NCBI GenBank assembly: GCA_963736855.1
Contig: CAVTQK010000024.1
Span: 32,001 to 96,000, forward strand
Source of the DNA: an uncultured delta proteobacterium
GTDB taxonomy: Bacteria > Desulfobacterota > Desulfobacteria > Desulfobacterales > UBA2156
DNA length: 64,000 nt
Reading direction: 5' to 3'
The position numbers were made by a program, and so were the translations under genes. Numbering within the stretch: the first letter of the stretch is position 1; each line of letters begins with the position of its first letter. Positions 35,739 through 47,007 of this stretch are shown here, piece by piece. The notes under the pieces were generated by a model that saw only the letters and a program-made list of their open reading frames with translations, did no database searches and had not been told where the DNA came from.

Positions 35739-36458
35739 ATGAGCGGCTTGTTACGGAAAAACAGAAATAGAATCAACGAAGAGCTTAACACGTGCCACAA
35801 GCGAAGGTTCTTTACACCCCTTACCTACGGCGCATATAGCGTAACGGTACCTGCTATTATAAATTATGCTGGCGGCAAGTTACTCGATATAGGTTGCGGA
35901 GATATGCCATATAAAGATGTCATTATGAGCAAGGTCAGCTGCTATGATACTTTTGATGTAGAAAAGCGCACCGAGGGTGTTACGTTCATAGGGGATATTC
36001 AAAATATGGCTATGATAAGTGACGGCAGTTATGACAGCGCCGTCTGCTTTGAGGTTTTAGAGCATATACAGCATCCGGCGAAGGCGCTTTCTGAGATTTT
36101 CAGGGTATTAAAACCCGGAGCACATCTTATACTTTCGATACCTCACTTAAGCCGATTGCATGAGGAGCCGCATGATTATTTTAGATACACAAAATATGGT
36201 ATCAGATTGCTGCTTGAGAATGCGGGTTTTAAGGTTATCGAGATAAATGTGCGGGGCGGTATTTTTAGTTTTTTAGGGCATCAATTCTCGACTCTTTTTG
36301 TTTGTTTGTTCTGGCATATACCTGTGATTAAACACATTGTCTTTTTTATTAACAAATGGCTTTGCGTAAGGTTTTGCCATTTTATTGACAAGACATTTGA
36401 TAAAAATCATATTTTGGCCTGTGGATATACCTGCGTTGCACAAAAACCCGATAAGTAG
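35739..36458 (+). CDS. Class I SAM-dependent methyltransferase
   Basis: LLDIGCG, FEVLEH, RVLKPG and HEEPHDYFRYT. Confidence 0.9.
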   Translation: MSGLLRKNRNRINEELNTCHKRRFFTPLTYGAYSVTVPAIINYAGGKLLDIGCGDMPYKDVIMSKVSCYDTFDVEKRTEGVTFIGDIQNMAMISDGSYDSAVCFEVLEHIQHPAKALSEIFRVLKPGAHLILSIPHLSRLHEEPHDYFRYTKYGIRLLLENAGFKVIEINVRGGIFSFLGHQFSTLFVCLFWHIPVIKHIVFFINKWLCVRFCHFIDKTFDKNHILACGYTCVAQKPDK

Positions 36459-36490
36459 AGATATTGGATAGTTTTAAAAAGGAAATTTAA

Positions 36491-37195
36491 GTGGTAAACA
36501 AAGCCTTAAAGGCAAGCGGCAATACATCGCAGGACTATGATAAATACTTTGAATCTATCCAGAAGTGTGGCCGGCACTATGTCAGATCCGTTTATAGAGC
36601 AGAAAAAGCCATTGAACTATTGCGGGCAAACAGCGGGTGTGCACTTTCGGTTGGGGTAGGAAGTCTCGGAGAAGCCAAAAAACTTAAAGAGGCAGGTTTT
36701 GAAGTGACTATTTGTGATATTTCGCCTCTTGCGGTGCAATTTGCAAAGAAAGAAAATTTTATGGTATTCCAATGCGACATTGCGAAAAATTCGCCTGACG
36801 GCAAATATGATTTTATTTTTGCCCTCGAAGTGCTGGAACATCTTGTTAACCCATTGGCTGCAATCAGGAACCTCGTTGCGGCGTTAAAAGATTCCGGAAC
36901 AATGGTTATCTCGTTGCCTAACGAATTTCACATTTGGGCGAGACTAATGATGCTGATAGGACGGCCACCATTTGGGGGCCATGACTGGCATCATTTAAGA
37001 TTTTTTAACCGTAAATTAGGCGAAAAGCTATTTGCTGAAGCAGGCTTGAATATATTGAGAAAAACATATTGTCCTTTGATGCCTTTACAGTGGAGTTGCC
37101 ATTGTGGTGAATTACTGCAATCTATTTGGCCGAGCTTATTTTCTCTTACTACTATTTGGACGCTTGAGCCTAAGCAAAATATATCAAAAAAGTGA
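36491..37195 (+). CDS. Class I SAM-dependent methyltransferase
   Basis: SVGVGS, CDIS, ALEVLEHL, ISLPN and HLRFF. Confidence 0.85.
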   Translation: MVNKALKASGNTSQDYDKYFESIQKCGRHYVRSVYRAEKAIELLRANSGCALSVGVGSLGEAKKLKEAGFEVTICDISPLAVQFAKKENFMVFQCDIAKNSPDGKYDFIFALEVLEHLVNPLAAIRNLVAALKDSGTMVISLPNEFHIWARLMMLIGRPPFGGHDWHHLRFFNRKLGEKLFAEAGLNILRKTYCPLMPLQWSCHCGELLQSIWPSLFSLTTIWTLEPKQNISKK

Positions 37196-37225
37196 TAATC
37201 GTCTATCGAATTCCTGTGGCGGATT

Positions 37226-38722
37226 ATGTCTGATAATCAGCACAACAAGAAGATAGTTTTGGTCCGGAGCGGATACAAGGGGGGGTATGTCCATATACCT
37301 TTGGGCATTCTTTATTTGGCCGAAGCCCTTATTAAAAATGGATATGAGCCGCGGCTAATAGACCTGCGAATTCAGGAATTAGTTCCGGAGGATTTGGAGA
37401 ATGTTTTATATATGGGGGTCTCGCATATGACCGGTTCAATGCAGATTCCTCCCGCACTTAAGTGCGCCTCATTGGCAAAGGGAATGGGAGTGCCGGTGGT
37501 TTTCGGAGGACCGCATTCATCAATCCTTCCTGAACAAACGGCTGCTCATCCGCTTGTGGATATTGCGGTAAAAGGAGATGGCGAAGAGGTGGCTGTCGAA
37601 TTGGCTCAGTATTTCGAGGGACAAAGGGACCTTGCTTCTATAAAGTCGATTGCATACAAAGATTCTTCAGGCAAAGTAATCTTCACCGGCGACCGCAATC
37701 CTCCTCCTTTTAACCAGACGACTTTTCTTCCATACGAACTTCTTCCAATGAATAAATATTTGGCTACGAGCGCCGATTTCGACTTTCAGACGAGTCGCGG
37801 CTGCCCGCATCATTGCGCCTTCTGTGCGGAAATATCCCTGTTTGGACACTCCTGGCGTGCAAAACCTGCACAAGTCATTGTCGAAGAAGTCGAATCAGTA
37901 ATATCAAGGTATAATCCCTCCAGGATTCTCATTGTGGATTCCAACTTTTTCTGTAATAAAAAACGTGTCAGGGAGTTTTGCGAACTTGTAATCGAGCGGG
38001 GAATAAAAACCTGGTTTTTTGCGGAATGTCGTTTCGACTACTTTTCAAGATATGAAGATGAATTCCTGTATTTGTTGAAGAAAGCAGGTTTTACTGAAAT
38101 TGAGTTTGGGGGTGAATCAGGGTCAAATGTGACGCTTGCACGTATAAAGAAGGATGTATCGTCAGAGCAGATTCTGCAAAGTATAAAGAAGTGCCATGAA
38201 ACAGGATTAAAGTCATTCACTTCTTTTATGATTGGTTTTCCGGAAGAAACTGATGAACAGAGGATGGAAACTTTGGACATATATGACCAAATACGTCATT
38301 TATATCCTTCCGGTGCAAGAATAAACGGTATGTTTATCTATTCTCCATTTCCAGGAACAGAACTGTATGATAACGTAGTTGAAAGACATGGATTTGTACC
38401 GCCCAGAGACTTGGACGGCTGGGCGAAGTTTGAACTCTATGATTCTAAAAATGTAACATGGCTTGATGAACCGAAGAAGAAAGAGCTGCAAACTGTATCC
38501 ATTTTAGTTCGTTACTTCTTTACTTATAAGACAATTAGGGATTGGAGTTTTAAGGAGAAGAGAATTCGCCATCACGGCTTCATTAAGGCGGTCCTGTCCT
38601 TGGTTTGCAACGGGATTTTCTACCCTTTCGCAAAGCTTCGCTGGAAATTCAGAGTTTTCAGGTACGGAATTGAATGGAGAATCTGGCAAAAAATCTTTAG
38701 TTTGTATATGGGCCAGAAGTAG
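37226..38722 (+). CDS. Cobalamin-binding radical SAM protein
   Basis: PLGILYLA and VVFGGPH B12 domain; TSRGCPHHCAFC; GGESG; MIGFP; PFPGT. Confidence 0.9.
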   Translation: MSDNQHNKKIVLVRSGYKGGYVHIPLGILYLAEALIKNGYEPRLIDLRIQELVPEDLENVLYMGVSHMTGSMQIPPALKCASLAKGMGVPVVFGGPHSSILPEQTAAHPLVDIAVKGDGEEVAVELAQYFEGQRDLASIKSIAYKDSSGKVIFTGDRNPPPFNQTTFLPYELLPMNKYLATSADFDFQTSRGCPHHCAFCAEISLFGHSWRAKPAQVIVEEVESVISRYNPSRILIVDSNFFCNKKRVREFCELVIERGIKTWFFAECRFDYFSRYEDEFLYLLKKAGFTEIEFGGESGSNVTLARIKKDVSSEQILQSIKKCHETGLKSFTSFMIGFPEETDEQRMETLDIYDQIRHLYPSGARINGMFIYSPFPGTELYDNVVERHGFVPPRDLDGWAKFELYDSKNVTWLDEPKKKELQTVSILVRYFFTYKTIRDWSFKEKRIRHHGFIKAVLSLVCNGIFYPFAKLRWKFRVFRYGIEWRIWQKIFSLYMGQK

Positions 38723-38770
38723 CCGAATGTATTATAAAAGAGTTAGCGATATTTAGCAAAAAGTAAATCT

Positions 38771-39715
38771 ATGCATAAATGGTTTAAAAATATTACAGGT
38801 GTAGTAGTAATAATTTTTCTGGCGTGGTATTTGGCCAGGCACTGGGAACAGCTGAAAGAACTGTTTAAGTTAAGTCCGAAGCAGCTTTTTGTGATGTATT
38901 GCCTGTGGCTCTTAATAGCTCTAAGCGGGGCAGGTGCGGTCCGGTGTTTGCTGAGCGCCCTGAAGGTTAAGACCGGTTTTTGGGACATGGTAAGACTGCA
39001 GCACGCAGCCTTGCTGCTCAATTATGTCCCGATGAAATTCGGCACAGTTTTCCGTGCCAATTATCTGAAACGTCATTACGGACTGGCCTATACGCATTTT
39101 GCGACCTTTTTTTTGTATATCACTTTTTTAATGACCGCCGTGGCGGCAAGTGTAGCCCTGGTTGTTTTATTGAGCATCTATGGTCTGGGTGGATATGAAA
39201 ATAAGATTTTGGCTGTTGTTTTTGCGATAACAATCATAGGGTCATTATCTTTTCTGGTTGTGCCGCTTCCTGTCCCGGCTGGGCAGGGACGAGCAAGCTC
39301 CATTCTTCGGAAATTTCTTACAGGCCGAAGCCAAATATCGAAAGAAAAGAAAACGGTTTTTAGCTCGGCAGCGCTTCTGGGCGTAAATTTTTTGCTCGAT
39401 GCGGCGCGTCTCTGGATTATTTACACCAGTATGGGGGAAAGTATCAACGCGGGAGGATACCTTATACTCGGAGCTTTGAGTTTTGTTATTTTATTTGTAG
39501 GGCTGACGCCCGGTGCATTGGGAATCAGAGAGCTTGTTCTCGGTTTCTGTGCGACAGTTGTAGGATTACCGCTGGAGGTGGGCATCCTTGCGGCGATGAT
39601 AGACCGTGCAATAGCAGTTAGTTATATATTTGTTATAGGCGGTATATGTGCGATATGGCTTTGGCGCCAGTCGCCGGCGGATTTCAAAGAGCAGCGGAAC
39701 AACTGCCCGGCATAA
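38771..39715 (+). CDS. UPF0104/LPG-synthase TM-like (flippase-like) membrane protein
   Basis: Multi-TM protein with LNYVPMKFG and TPGALGIRE motifs. Confidence 0.8.
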   Translation: MHKWFKNITGVVVIIFLAWYLARHWEQLKELFKLSPKQLFVMYCLWLLIALSGAGAVRCLLSALKVKTGFWDMVRLQHAALLLNYVPMKFGTVFRANYLKRHYGLAYTHFATFFLYITFLMTAVAASVALVVLLSIYGLGGYENKILAVVFAITIIGSLSFLVVPLPVPAGQGRASSILRKFLTGRSQISKEKKTVFSSAALLGVNFLLDAARLWIIYTSMGESINAGGYLILGALSFVILFVGLTPGALGIRELVLGFCATVVGLPLEVGILAAMIDRAIAVSYIFVIGGICAIWLWRQSPADFKEQRNNCPA

Positions 39716-39849
39716 ACATCTAATAGCGGTTAATAATTGACCGGCAACCTTGCTGTTTAAGTCAAATATCATATATGGCGCCATACCTGTTTTGCAAAAA
39801 TTACCATTCTTTTATCTCGCTTAACCCGTATTCATTCAAATATTCATAA

Positions 39850-40800
39850 TCATGCTTTAAGGTTTTTATTGTATTCCATGTCAAACCACATTCCGAAAAA
39901 AAGAGCCTGCAGGCCGCTCACTATTGTGAAGATGAGCGCCATGGCGTTTGTTTTTGGGATAACGCCTGTAATACCCCATATATAGAAAAGCCTAAACAGC
40001 AGAGGTATGCTTCCAGCAAGAAGCAAAAATGACAAAATATAAAAAAATATTAAAGGGTGAAAGTCTTTGATCACATATTTGAAAACAAGCCTCCGCCAAA
40101 ATCCCTTGAATAATAGCCATGAAATTTTCGGAATGACTCTTCCAAGTCTTATGCCGGATTTCTCCCCAATGTTGTAAACGGGTCGGATATGAACATCTTT
40201 TACTTTGAAGTCGTATTGATTCAATTTGATCAGCATGTCGTTCGGCATTCCATAATAGCGGTATATCTCTTCCAGATCAAGCCGCCTTAAAGCTGTCAAA
40301 GAAATAGCGGTATATCCGCTCTGGGAATCTGCGATGTGCCAATAACCGGATGCAATTTTTGTTAATAAAGATAGGAAAGCGTTTCCTAAATATCGATAAT
40401 GTGGGATCATGCTCCATGCATCTCCGAAAAATAATCGATTTCCCTTTGAATAATCCGCGATACCCGAAACGACAGGATCGATAATGTTGTCAAAGTCCAG
40501 AGGGTCCATTTGGCCGTCACCTGCCATTACCGCCGTTACGTCGATATTGTTATCTCTCGCCCATTTGTATCCCGATGCGATAGCCCCTCCGACGCCCTGA
40601 TTATTTTCATGCTTGATCAGTTCTATACGCGAATCCTTTTGGAAATAACTTTCCACAACTTTTACGGTGCTGTCTGAACTCTTGTCGTCGACCACAATGA
40701 TAAAATCCACGTAGTCAGGCATGGTTTCGAAAACCCTGGCAATTTGGGTTTCTTCATTGTGAGCGGGGACAACGACACAAACCGATTTTTCTTTAACCAT
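39850..40800 (-). CDS. GT2 glycosyltransferase, polyprenyl-phosphate sugar synthase (DPM1/GtrB-like)
   Basis: VVPAHNEE, VVDDKSSD, NQGVGGA, MAGDGQMDP, DSQSGY and two C-terminal TM helices. Confidence 0.88.
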   Translation of the reverse strand: MVKEKSVCVVVPAHNEETQIARVFETMPDYVDFIIVVDDKSSDSTVKVVESYFQKDSRIELIKHENNQGVGGAIASGYKWARDNNIDVTAVMAGDGQMDPLDFDNIIDPVVSGIADYSKGNRLFFGDAWSMIPHYRYLGNAFLSLLTKIASGYWHIADSQSGYTAISLTALRRLDLEEIYRYYGMPNDMLIKLNQYDFKVKDVHIRPVYNIGEKSGIRLGRVIPKISWLLFKGFWRRLVFKYVIKDFHPLIFFYILSFLLLAGSIPLLFRLFYIWGITGVIPKTNAMALIFTIVSGLQALFFGMWFDMEYNKNLKA

Positions 40801-40812
40801 TGGAATAATACC

Positions 40813-41040
40813 TCATGAGATAATCATATATAGCCCATAGCCGGCCTTGGAATATGACAACTTCGTATGGTTTTGGAAAAAAGCGACAAGTACTGTTTTT
40901 TCTGCTCATCCAATAATGCGCTTATCCAGTCATTAAGAAGATCGGATCTCAAGATCAATTAGCTTATACCATTTTTTTTAATTTCCATCAAAAGATTGCC
41001 GGAAAAAGGTGATACAACTGTTAATTTTTGAAAACCAGAT
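40813..41040 (-). pseudogene. 3' remnant of a GT-C gene paralogous to 44168-45827
   Basis: Manual translation KKNGIS*LILRSDLLNDWISALL...LF/QNHTKLSYSKAGYGLYMIIS* aligns without gaps to KQKGVTHILLRADLFLGWVTNEL...FLNDHTYLLFAFSDYWLCEIRP; in-frame stop plus frameshift. Confidence 0.75.
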
Positions 41041-41065
41041 TTTACAAATTCCGGAAGTGAAGCAC

Positions 41066-42267
41066 TCAACCCTCCAAATATTTCATGGAAACCGAGAAAA
41101 TCTTTTCCGGGGTGATCGATTTCAGACAAACATTATCCCCGTCACATGGAGAGTTCCTATGATTATAAGCGCTCAGACATGGCGAACAAGAGAGCCCTGC
41201 AAAAAGATTTTCCGCATTCGGACTTAGAGATCCGTATAAGATCGGCGTTTCAGGCCCGAAGATGGTTATGGTCGGGATAGGGCTCAGAGCGGCAATATGG
41301 ACCGGCCCGCCGTCGTTGGTTATCAGGAGGGATGCGATATGAAAAAGGGCCATCAGGTCCGTCAGGGAGCGAGTGTAACCCGTCAAATCGAAAACATTCG
41401 GGCTTTTTAAGGTCTGAATGAAGCCTTGCGCCAGATGCGAGTCGGCCGATAAGCCTATTATCCCAATATTAGATCCGGCTTTAAGGAGTTTTCGGATCAG
41501 TATGACATAATAACCAAACGGCCAAGCCCGGATGGATAATTGTCCACCGCCCGGATAAATCAAGGTCAGCTTTTTGGTAGAAATTTTAGGAAAATCGACG
41601 GCAAGTTTTTTTTGATATTCGTCCTTTTCCCGTTTTCCCATGCGCACATGTGGCAGGACTAATTGTTCGTCAGCGGGTTCCTTTTTTACCAATGGAAAGG
41701 AATCGGATTCAATGGCCTCGACCATATTGATGAATTGCCTGGAAATGTGAATGTAAGGATTGTACAAAACCGGCCGGTTGATAAAATTGCCTCGATAGAG
41801 CCCTTCCTGAGTATGGGGGTAAAATCCTACCATGATGGGTGCACCCGACAAAAAAGCGAAAATGCTGCTGATTCTGGAAAAAAGCTCACAGTCGATGACA
41901 ATATCCATCCGACGCTGCCGAATATCCGATAAGAGCAGACAGGCTGTCTTTGACCAAGGAAATAAAGGAATGGCTTCTTATGGGGAAAGATATTTTCATC
42001 GGGGACGGCTTCTAAAAGTTTCAGCGCTTCCGCGTTTTGGGCAAAGACCAGGTAATGAATCGTTGCGTTTGGATATTTCGATTCCAAGCGTTTCAACATG
42101 GGATAAGAAAGGATCAGGCTTCCAAGTTCGGAAAGTAAAATGATCAATATTCGGCGGATCTGAGGGGCTTTAAACTGATCCGGCTTTTTAAGATTGATTA
42201 AAGAAAAAAGACGGCAGATCAAGACCCCTGCCCATCTGTCGATTTTTCGCTGTGTTGCGATCTTCAT
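41066..42267 (-). CDS. GT9 (heptosyltransferase-like) glycosyltransferase; two +1 frameshifts (~41982, ~41930)
   Basis: LSELGS N-terminal motif, RAWP, DLTG, ITNDGGPVH, IFGPE and CSPC; N- and C-parts join after removing two single bases. Confidence 0.82.
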
Positions 42268-42284
42268 TTTAATGCAGGTCCTTA

Positions 42285-44162
42285 TTATTGATGCAAGAGG
42301 GGCCACCTCGAAAAGCCCTTAAGAGCCGCCATTTTCAACCAATCCGATGAATCTTTTATATGAAATAAAGCAAGTGCCTCTGTGAATTGATTTTCTCGAA
42401 GATATGACACAGCAAGACAGTAACGGGCTTTCGGGTCATCCATTTCAGGCATGATATCCTGGAAGCCGATACAATCAGTATCTAAATCCTGTTTTATGTT
42501 TCCTTTCAGATATTTTTCGGCCTTGGCGGTCGATAAAAAACCAGTATTCATTTTCGCGTTCGAATCGCCCATGTGGAATTGTTTAAGGAGAAGGGCCTGA
42601 TAGAAGCTTTCAATGGCGCGATCCCCGCGTTCAATGCCTGTCATTGCCAGACCCAGATAATAAAACAGTTCCGCAAACCTTGCTTTTTGTTCAATGACAG
42701 ATTCCAGGACGGAGACGGCTTCACTGAAATGCCCGGTTGCAACCAATGCCCTTCCCAGATCATTCTGGTAATTGATTCTTTCTGGCTTCAGTCTTGCCGC
42801 TTCTCGGAAATGAACAACGGCGTTCTCCATATCACCCTGCTTTGCCATGGAATGCCCGAGGGCGGATTGGGCCAGATAATTGTCTTCCGTCACCTCCACG
42901 GCATGCTGAAAGAGCGCGAAACTATTTTTCCAGTATCCGATCTGCTTGAAAGAAAGCATCGATAAAGGAAAAAGAAGCGCGATTGCAAGGAAGGCACAAA
43001 TGGTTTTAGATATTTTCCATTTTTCAACAAGCTCCGCGGCGGTCCATGTCATCATCAGGTAAATCCCGACGATGGGAAAATAGAGGTAACGATCCGCGAT
43101 TGAAAAATCTCCGACTTTGATCAACCCTGAAACCGGCGCAAGAGCCAACAAAAACCACAACCCTCCGACGATGAGATATCCGTGATTTCGGCGGAAATAA
43201 ATCGTAATGGCGAGTGTTCCTCCCACCAGAATTGATGAAAGCGTGGTGCTGAGTATTGAAACATCTGTTTTCAGCGGGTAGATGCAGGAAAGCTTCAAGG
43301 GCCAGAACATTTTTGCCGTGTACGCGGGATATGTTGTTATCGCGTTGGCGATCCGGTTTGGAAAGGGATAGTCGGATAAAGGAATGATACCTCCAGAACT
43401 TTGTTGGGCTAAAAGTGTTAGGATACAGATGGTAAGCGATAAGAAAAGAAAGGGGATTTTTTCAGCAAAAGCGCGCAGATAGGAAATTTTTGGGAGCACA
43501 TCGGCATTTGAGCATTTCAAACGATTAAGCGGCCAAAAGTCGATGAGAAGCAGGATGAAGGGTAAAGTCATGAATATTGACTTGGACATCAGGCTTGCCG
43601 CAAAGGATATAATGGAAAGGACATAAAATAAAGTATTTTTTTGTTTTGCATATTTTAGGTATGCCCATAATGCAAGGAATGAAAAAAAAGCACCCAGAAC
43701 GTCCTTTCTGCTCGATATCCAGGCAACGGGTTCCACATGAATGGGATGCAAGGCGAAAAGCGCGGCGATAAAGGCGCTCGGCCATAAGGCGGAAGTCATG
43801 GTATTTAATATTATAAATAGAAGGATCGTATTTAAAACGTGAAGCAAAAGATTGGTAAGATGATAGCCGCCTGGATGCAGACCATGCAACGAGGCGTCCA
43901 GCATCAAAGAGATCCACGTCATGGGGTGCCAGAACTCAGCCTTGAAGGTCGTAAAGGCCCACTTGATATTTGAAAGGGAGAGGCCTCCTTTCACATGAGG
44001 ATTGTCTGTGACATAGACAGTATCATCGATGATGAGGAAGTCGTGTCTTAGTGCCTGCCGGTAAAGAAAAAAAAGAGTCACGCAGAGAATAATGCAGACA
44101 AGCAGCGCGAATCGTTTCCGGAAACGCATAAGATCCGTTTTGTCGGCAACAGGATTTATCAT
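42285..44162 (-). CDS. TMTC-like GT-C membrane glycosyltransferase with C-terminal TPRs
   Basis: DD motif (IIDDTVYVTDN), WHPMTWIS, YHLTNLLLH, HPIHVEPVAW, ADRYLY and TPRs. Confidence 0.82.
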   Translation of the reverse strand: MINPVADKTDLMRFRKRFALLVCIILCVTLFFLYRQALRHDFLIIDDTVYVTDNPHVKGGLSLSNIKWAFTTFKAEFWHPMTWISLMLDASLHGLHPGGYHLTNLLLHVLNTILLFIILNTMTSALWPSAFIAALFALHPIHVEPVAWISSRKDVLGAFFSFLALWAYLKYAKQKNTLFYVLSIISFAASLMSKSIFMTLPFILLLIDFWPLNRLKCSNADVLPKISYLRAFAEKIPFLFLSLTICILTLLAQQSSGGIIPLSDYPFPNRIANAITTYPAYTAKMFWPLKLSCIYPLKTDVSILSTTLSSILVGGTLAITIYFRRNHGYLIVGGLWFLLALAPVSGLIKVGDFSIADRYLYFPIVGIYLMMTWTAAELVEKWKISKTICAFLAIALLFPLSMLSFKQIGYWKNSFALFQHAVEVTEDNYLAQSALGHSMAKQGDMENAVVHFREAARLKPERINYQNDLGRALVATGHFSEAVSVLESVIEQKARFAELFYYLGLAMTGIERGDRAIESFYQALLLKQFHMGDSNAKMNTGFLSTAKAEKYLKGNIKQDLDTDCIGFQDIMPEMDDPKARYCLAVSYLRENQFTEALALFHIKDSSDWLKMAALKGFSRWPLLHQ

Positions 44163-44167
44163 GCACG

Positions 44168-45827
44168 TTAAGGCCGGATTTCACACAACCAATAGTCGGA
44201 AAAGGCAAAAAGCAAATAGGTATGGTCGTTTAAAAAATTCACCATTATTTTTCCATGATACGGACTCAACTCATTCGTCACCCAGCCAAGGAAAAGATCG
44301 GCACGAAGTAGAATGTGGGTGACTCCTTTTTGTTTCATGGCTTCTGAAATAGAATCAGCCGTATTCTTCTTTTTAATCTCCCGTTTCAACCATTCATATC
44401 CGAAAAACACATCTCGATCGCTGTAATAGCCTCTGTTTCCGATAAACAGAAAAAGAATTTTACTATTAGGAGGCAGATGCCGATTGGCATATCGAATCAC
44501 ACGATATTCCGGGCGATACTTTTCAATGTAGTCATCCCGGCTGACCTTTCCTGAAATATAGGAAAATGGATCGACTACATGGAATTGTTCTTTCAAATAA
44601 AAAGCATTTGGGATTAGAAGTACTGCCATGATTATGGGAGGTATCCACGAATGAAATGATCTTAAAAATGCTTTTCGGATCAATATATCTTCGATATGTT
44701 TCAATCCCAATATCGAAAGTATAACCAGGGGGGGGATTATTGAGCCTGCATAGCGGATCCGCATGTCAGATTGGAAAAATACAAGCAGAAGCAAAAGAAT
44801 CGAAAATAAAACAAAGAATTTGATTTCGAATTGCAGTTGTGGGACCTGATTTTTGAAACCGATGAACAGAAAAAGTGGAAAAATGAGCAGAAATGGATTG
44901 AGCTTTCCATCAAAATACTTTGGGTTGTCGTCTTTTCCTTCAAAAAAGATTCTGATGGGAATAGTAATAAGCTGCCACCAATTCTCATTATAGATGACCT
45001 TTCTTAAGGCAAAGGGTTTTAATGCATAGATCGATTCGGATTTCTGGGCGTCGGCATCGCTATTTAATGATGATGTTGCTTGAGAATGAAACCAATGATC
45101 GAAGAGGGGATAGACAGGATTTTGGGTCAGGATATAGTTTCGGATCATCCATGGCGAAAAGAGGATCAAAGATACCAGCACGAAAAGACCCGAATAACCC
45201 AGCGCTTTGACCTGGCTTGCAGGAATTTTTCGGGGATATCGGATATAGGCCACGGGAATGAAAAAAGCTAACAAAAGCAGTGATATCAATGCGTTGTATT
45301 TGGTTCCGAGAGAAAGGCCGCACATGATGCCGGAAAAAACAAGCCATCTCATTTTCGAGGTTTCAAGCCATTTTAGAAGAAGCAACAGGGATGCTGTGGT
45401 AAAAAAGATCAATCCCAAGATCCACGTATACTGTAATGGAAAGTTTGACGATGATAGGGATGGAAAGGAAAAAAAGGGCGCCGAGAAGAGCGTAGTGAGT
45501 CGCAACGCGTTTTTTTAAATAATTAAAAATCAGCCATGCCGTCATCAAGGCAAAAGAAAAATGTATCAGCTTCGGAAGGATGTCGTTTCCGAAATATAAA
45601 GGAATCATATAAAGAAGATCGAGGTTCATGGGATAATAGGAAAAAGGGATATCGGGGATTTCATGGATGCCGCCATGCTTTAAATAAAGCTTTGGGACGA
45701 ACAAATGATGAGTCAATGCGTCCCGGCAGACCGGGGGAACCCAGGAAAGGACCACGATAATACCGATTAAGACGATGATCAGAACGGCAATGGTTTTCCG
45801 GATGAGGCGTTCGGCTCTTGAGTTCAT
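44168..45827 (-). CDS. GT-C (ArnT/PMT-like) membrane glycosyltransferase; one +1 frameshift at ~45415
   Basis: PPVCRDALTHHL, YVDLG, GTKY, PWMIRNYILTQNPVYP and RY motifs; the two ORFs join on removing one G from GGG. Confidence 0.78.
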
Positions 45828-46999
45828 TTCAATCCCTTATCGAGTACTTCCGGTGGAATCAAAGCCGTATAAAGTTGACCATCAATTAAATATGCCGGTG
45901 TTCCCCGAACTCCCAGTTTGATCCCCTCAAGGATATCTTTTCGAAGGAGAAAACGGATTGCCGGGTCATTTCTTGCCCTGGCAAGGGCAAGATAGTCCAA
46001 TCCTGTTTTTTCACCGATTTCTTTGGTGTTAAAGTTTCTTTTCTGGTCTGCGATTTCAAATAAAAAGTCGCTGGTTTTCCAAAATTTGTTTTGTGCTGCA
46101 GCGTAGATAGCCATGAGGGACATATCGCCGGATCCTCCGTGAAACGATTCTTTGACCAGATTATTAAATCGGTGATCCATGGGGAAATGCCGATGGATGA
46201 GCCGGATCTTTCCCGGGTTTTGCTGAATCAGAGTACGCAAAAAAAAATGCATTTTTTTGCACTGGAAGCACTGGTAGTCTGTGAATTCGGTGATGGTCAG
46301 CAATGGATTCTCGGCACCGATCCAGGGATGTCCCTCTATGGTAAATCCTGTGGGAATATCCTCAGAAAGCGGGGGCGCAGGAGTGCGCCAATAAGCAGGC
46401 AATCCAATCCAGATTGCGATGACCGAGGCAAAAAAAGGAACAAATAAATAAGTCGTTTTTCTTTTGGTAAGGAAGATGAATCGAAGATCTTGTTTTAAGG
46501 CTGAAAAAAAGGAATCCGGATCGAAACGTCTGCGAATCAGCCATGAGAAAAATAGAACCAGGAGATTGACCACATAGGTGGCGATGCACATGATACAATA
46601 GGATCGAATATAATATGTTGAAACCAAGGCAAAAAATACGCTCGTGAGGCTGAAAACCAAAGCGATCGTTACAATTGACGCCCATATGCGTTTTGGAATT
46701 GCTTGTTTATCCCAAGCATAAAAGAGGAGCAAAGAAAGAAAAGCATAACCGTAAATGCCCCATAGAGAGACCGGTACGCCAAACAGAATCGAATAGGGAC
46801 TTTGGGAAACCGTATCGCAATTCAAAGACTGGGTAATGGCACAAAAACTGCGGTATCCCATATCGGTGTGAACTCGATAATGGGAAATGAAAAGATAGAT
46901 GGAATCGAGAAACCCGAAAATCGTGAGTCCGACCACGGGCAAAAAATAGGCCCTGTAGGGAAGCGGGGTAACGGTCTTTATTAAATCCGCCTTTGACAT
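45824..46999 (-). CDS. VKOR-family membrane oxidoreductase fused to DsbA-like thioredoxin domain
   Basis: SFCAITQSLNCDTVSQSPYS loop cysteines, YCIMC, DYQCFQC, RHFP and cis-Pro GTP. Confidence 0.92.
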   Translation of the reverse strand: MSKADLIKTVTPLPYRAYFLPVVGLTIFGFLDSIYLFISHYRVHTDMGYRSFCAITQSLNCDTVSQSPYSILFGVPVSLWGIYGYAFLSLLLFYAWDKQAIPKRIWASIVTIALVFSLTSVFFALVSTYYIRSYCIMCIATYVVNLLVLFFSWLIRRRFDPDSFFSALKQDLRFIFLTKRKTTYLFVPFFASVIAIWIGLPAYWRTPAPPLSEDIPTGFTIEGHPWIGAENPLLTITEFTDYQCFQCKKMHFFLRTLIQQNPGKIRLIHRHFPMDHRFNNLVKESFHGGSGDMSLMAIYAAAQNKFWKTSDFLFEIADQKRNFNTKEIGEKTGLDYLALARARNDPAIRFLLRKDILEGIKLGVRGTPAYLIDGQLYTALIPPEVLDKGLK

Positions 47000-47007
47000 C
47001 GATTATT

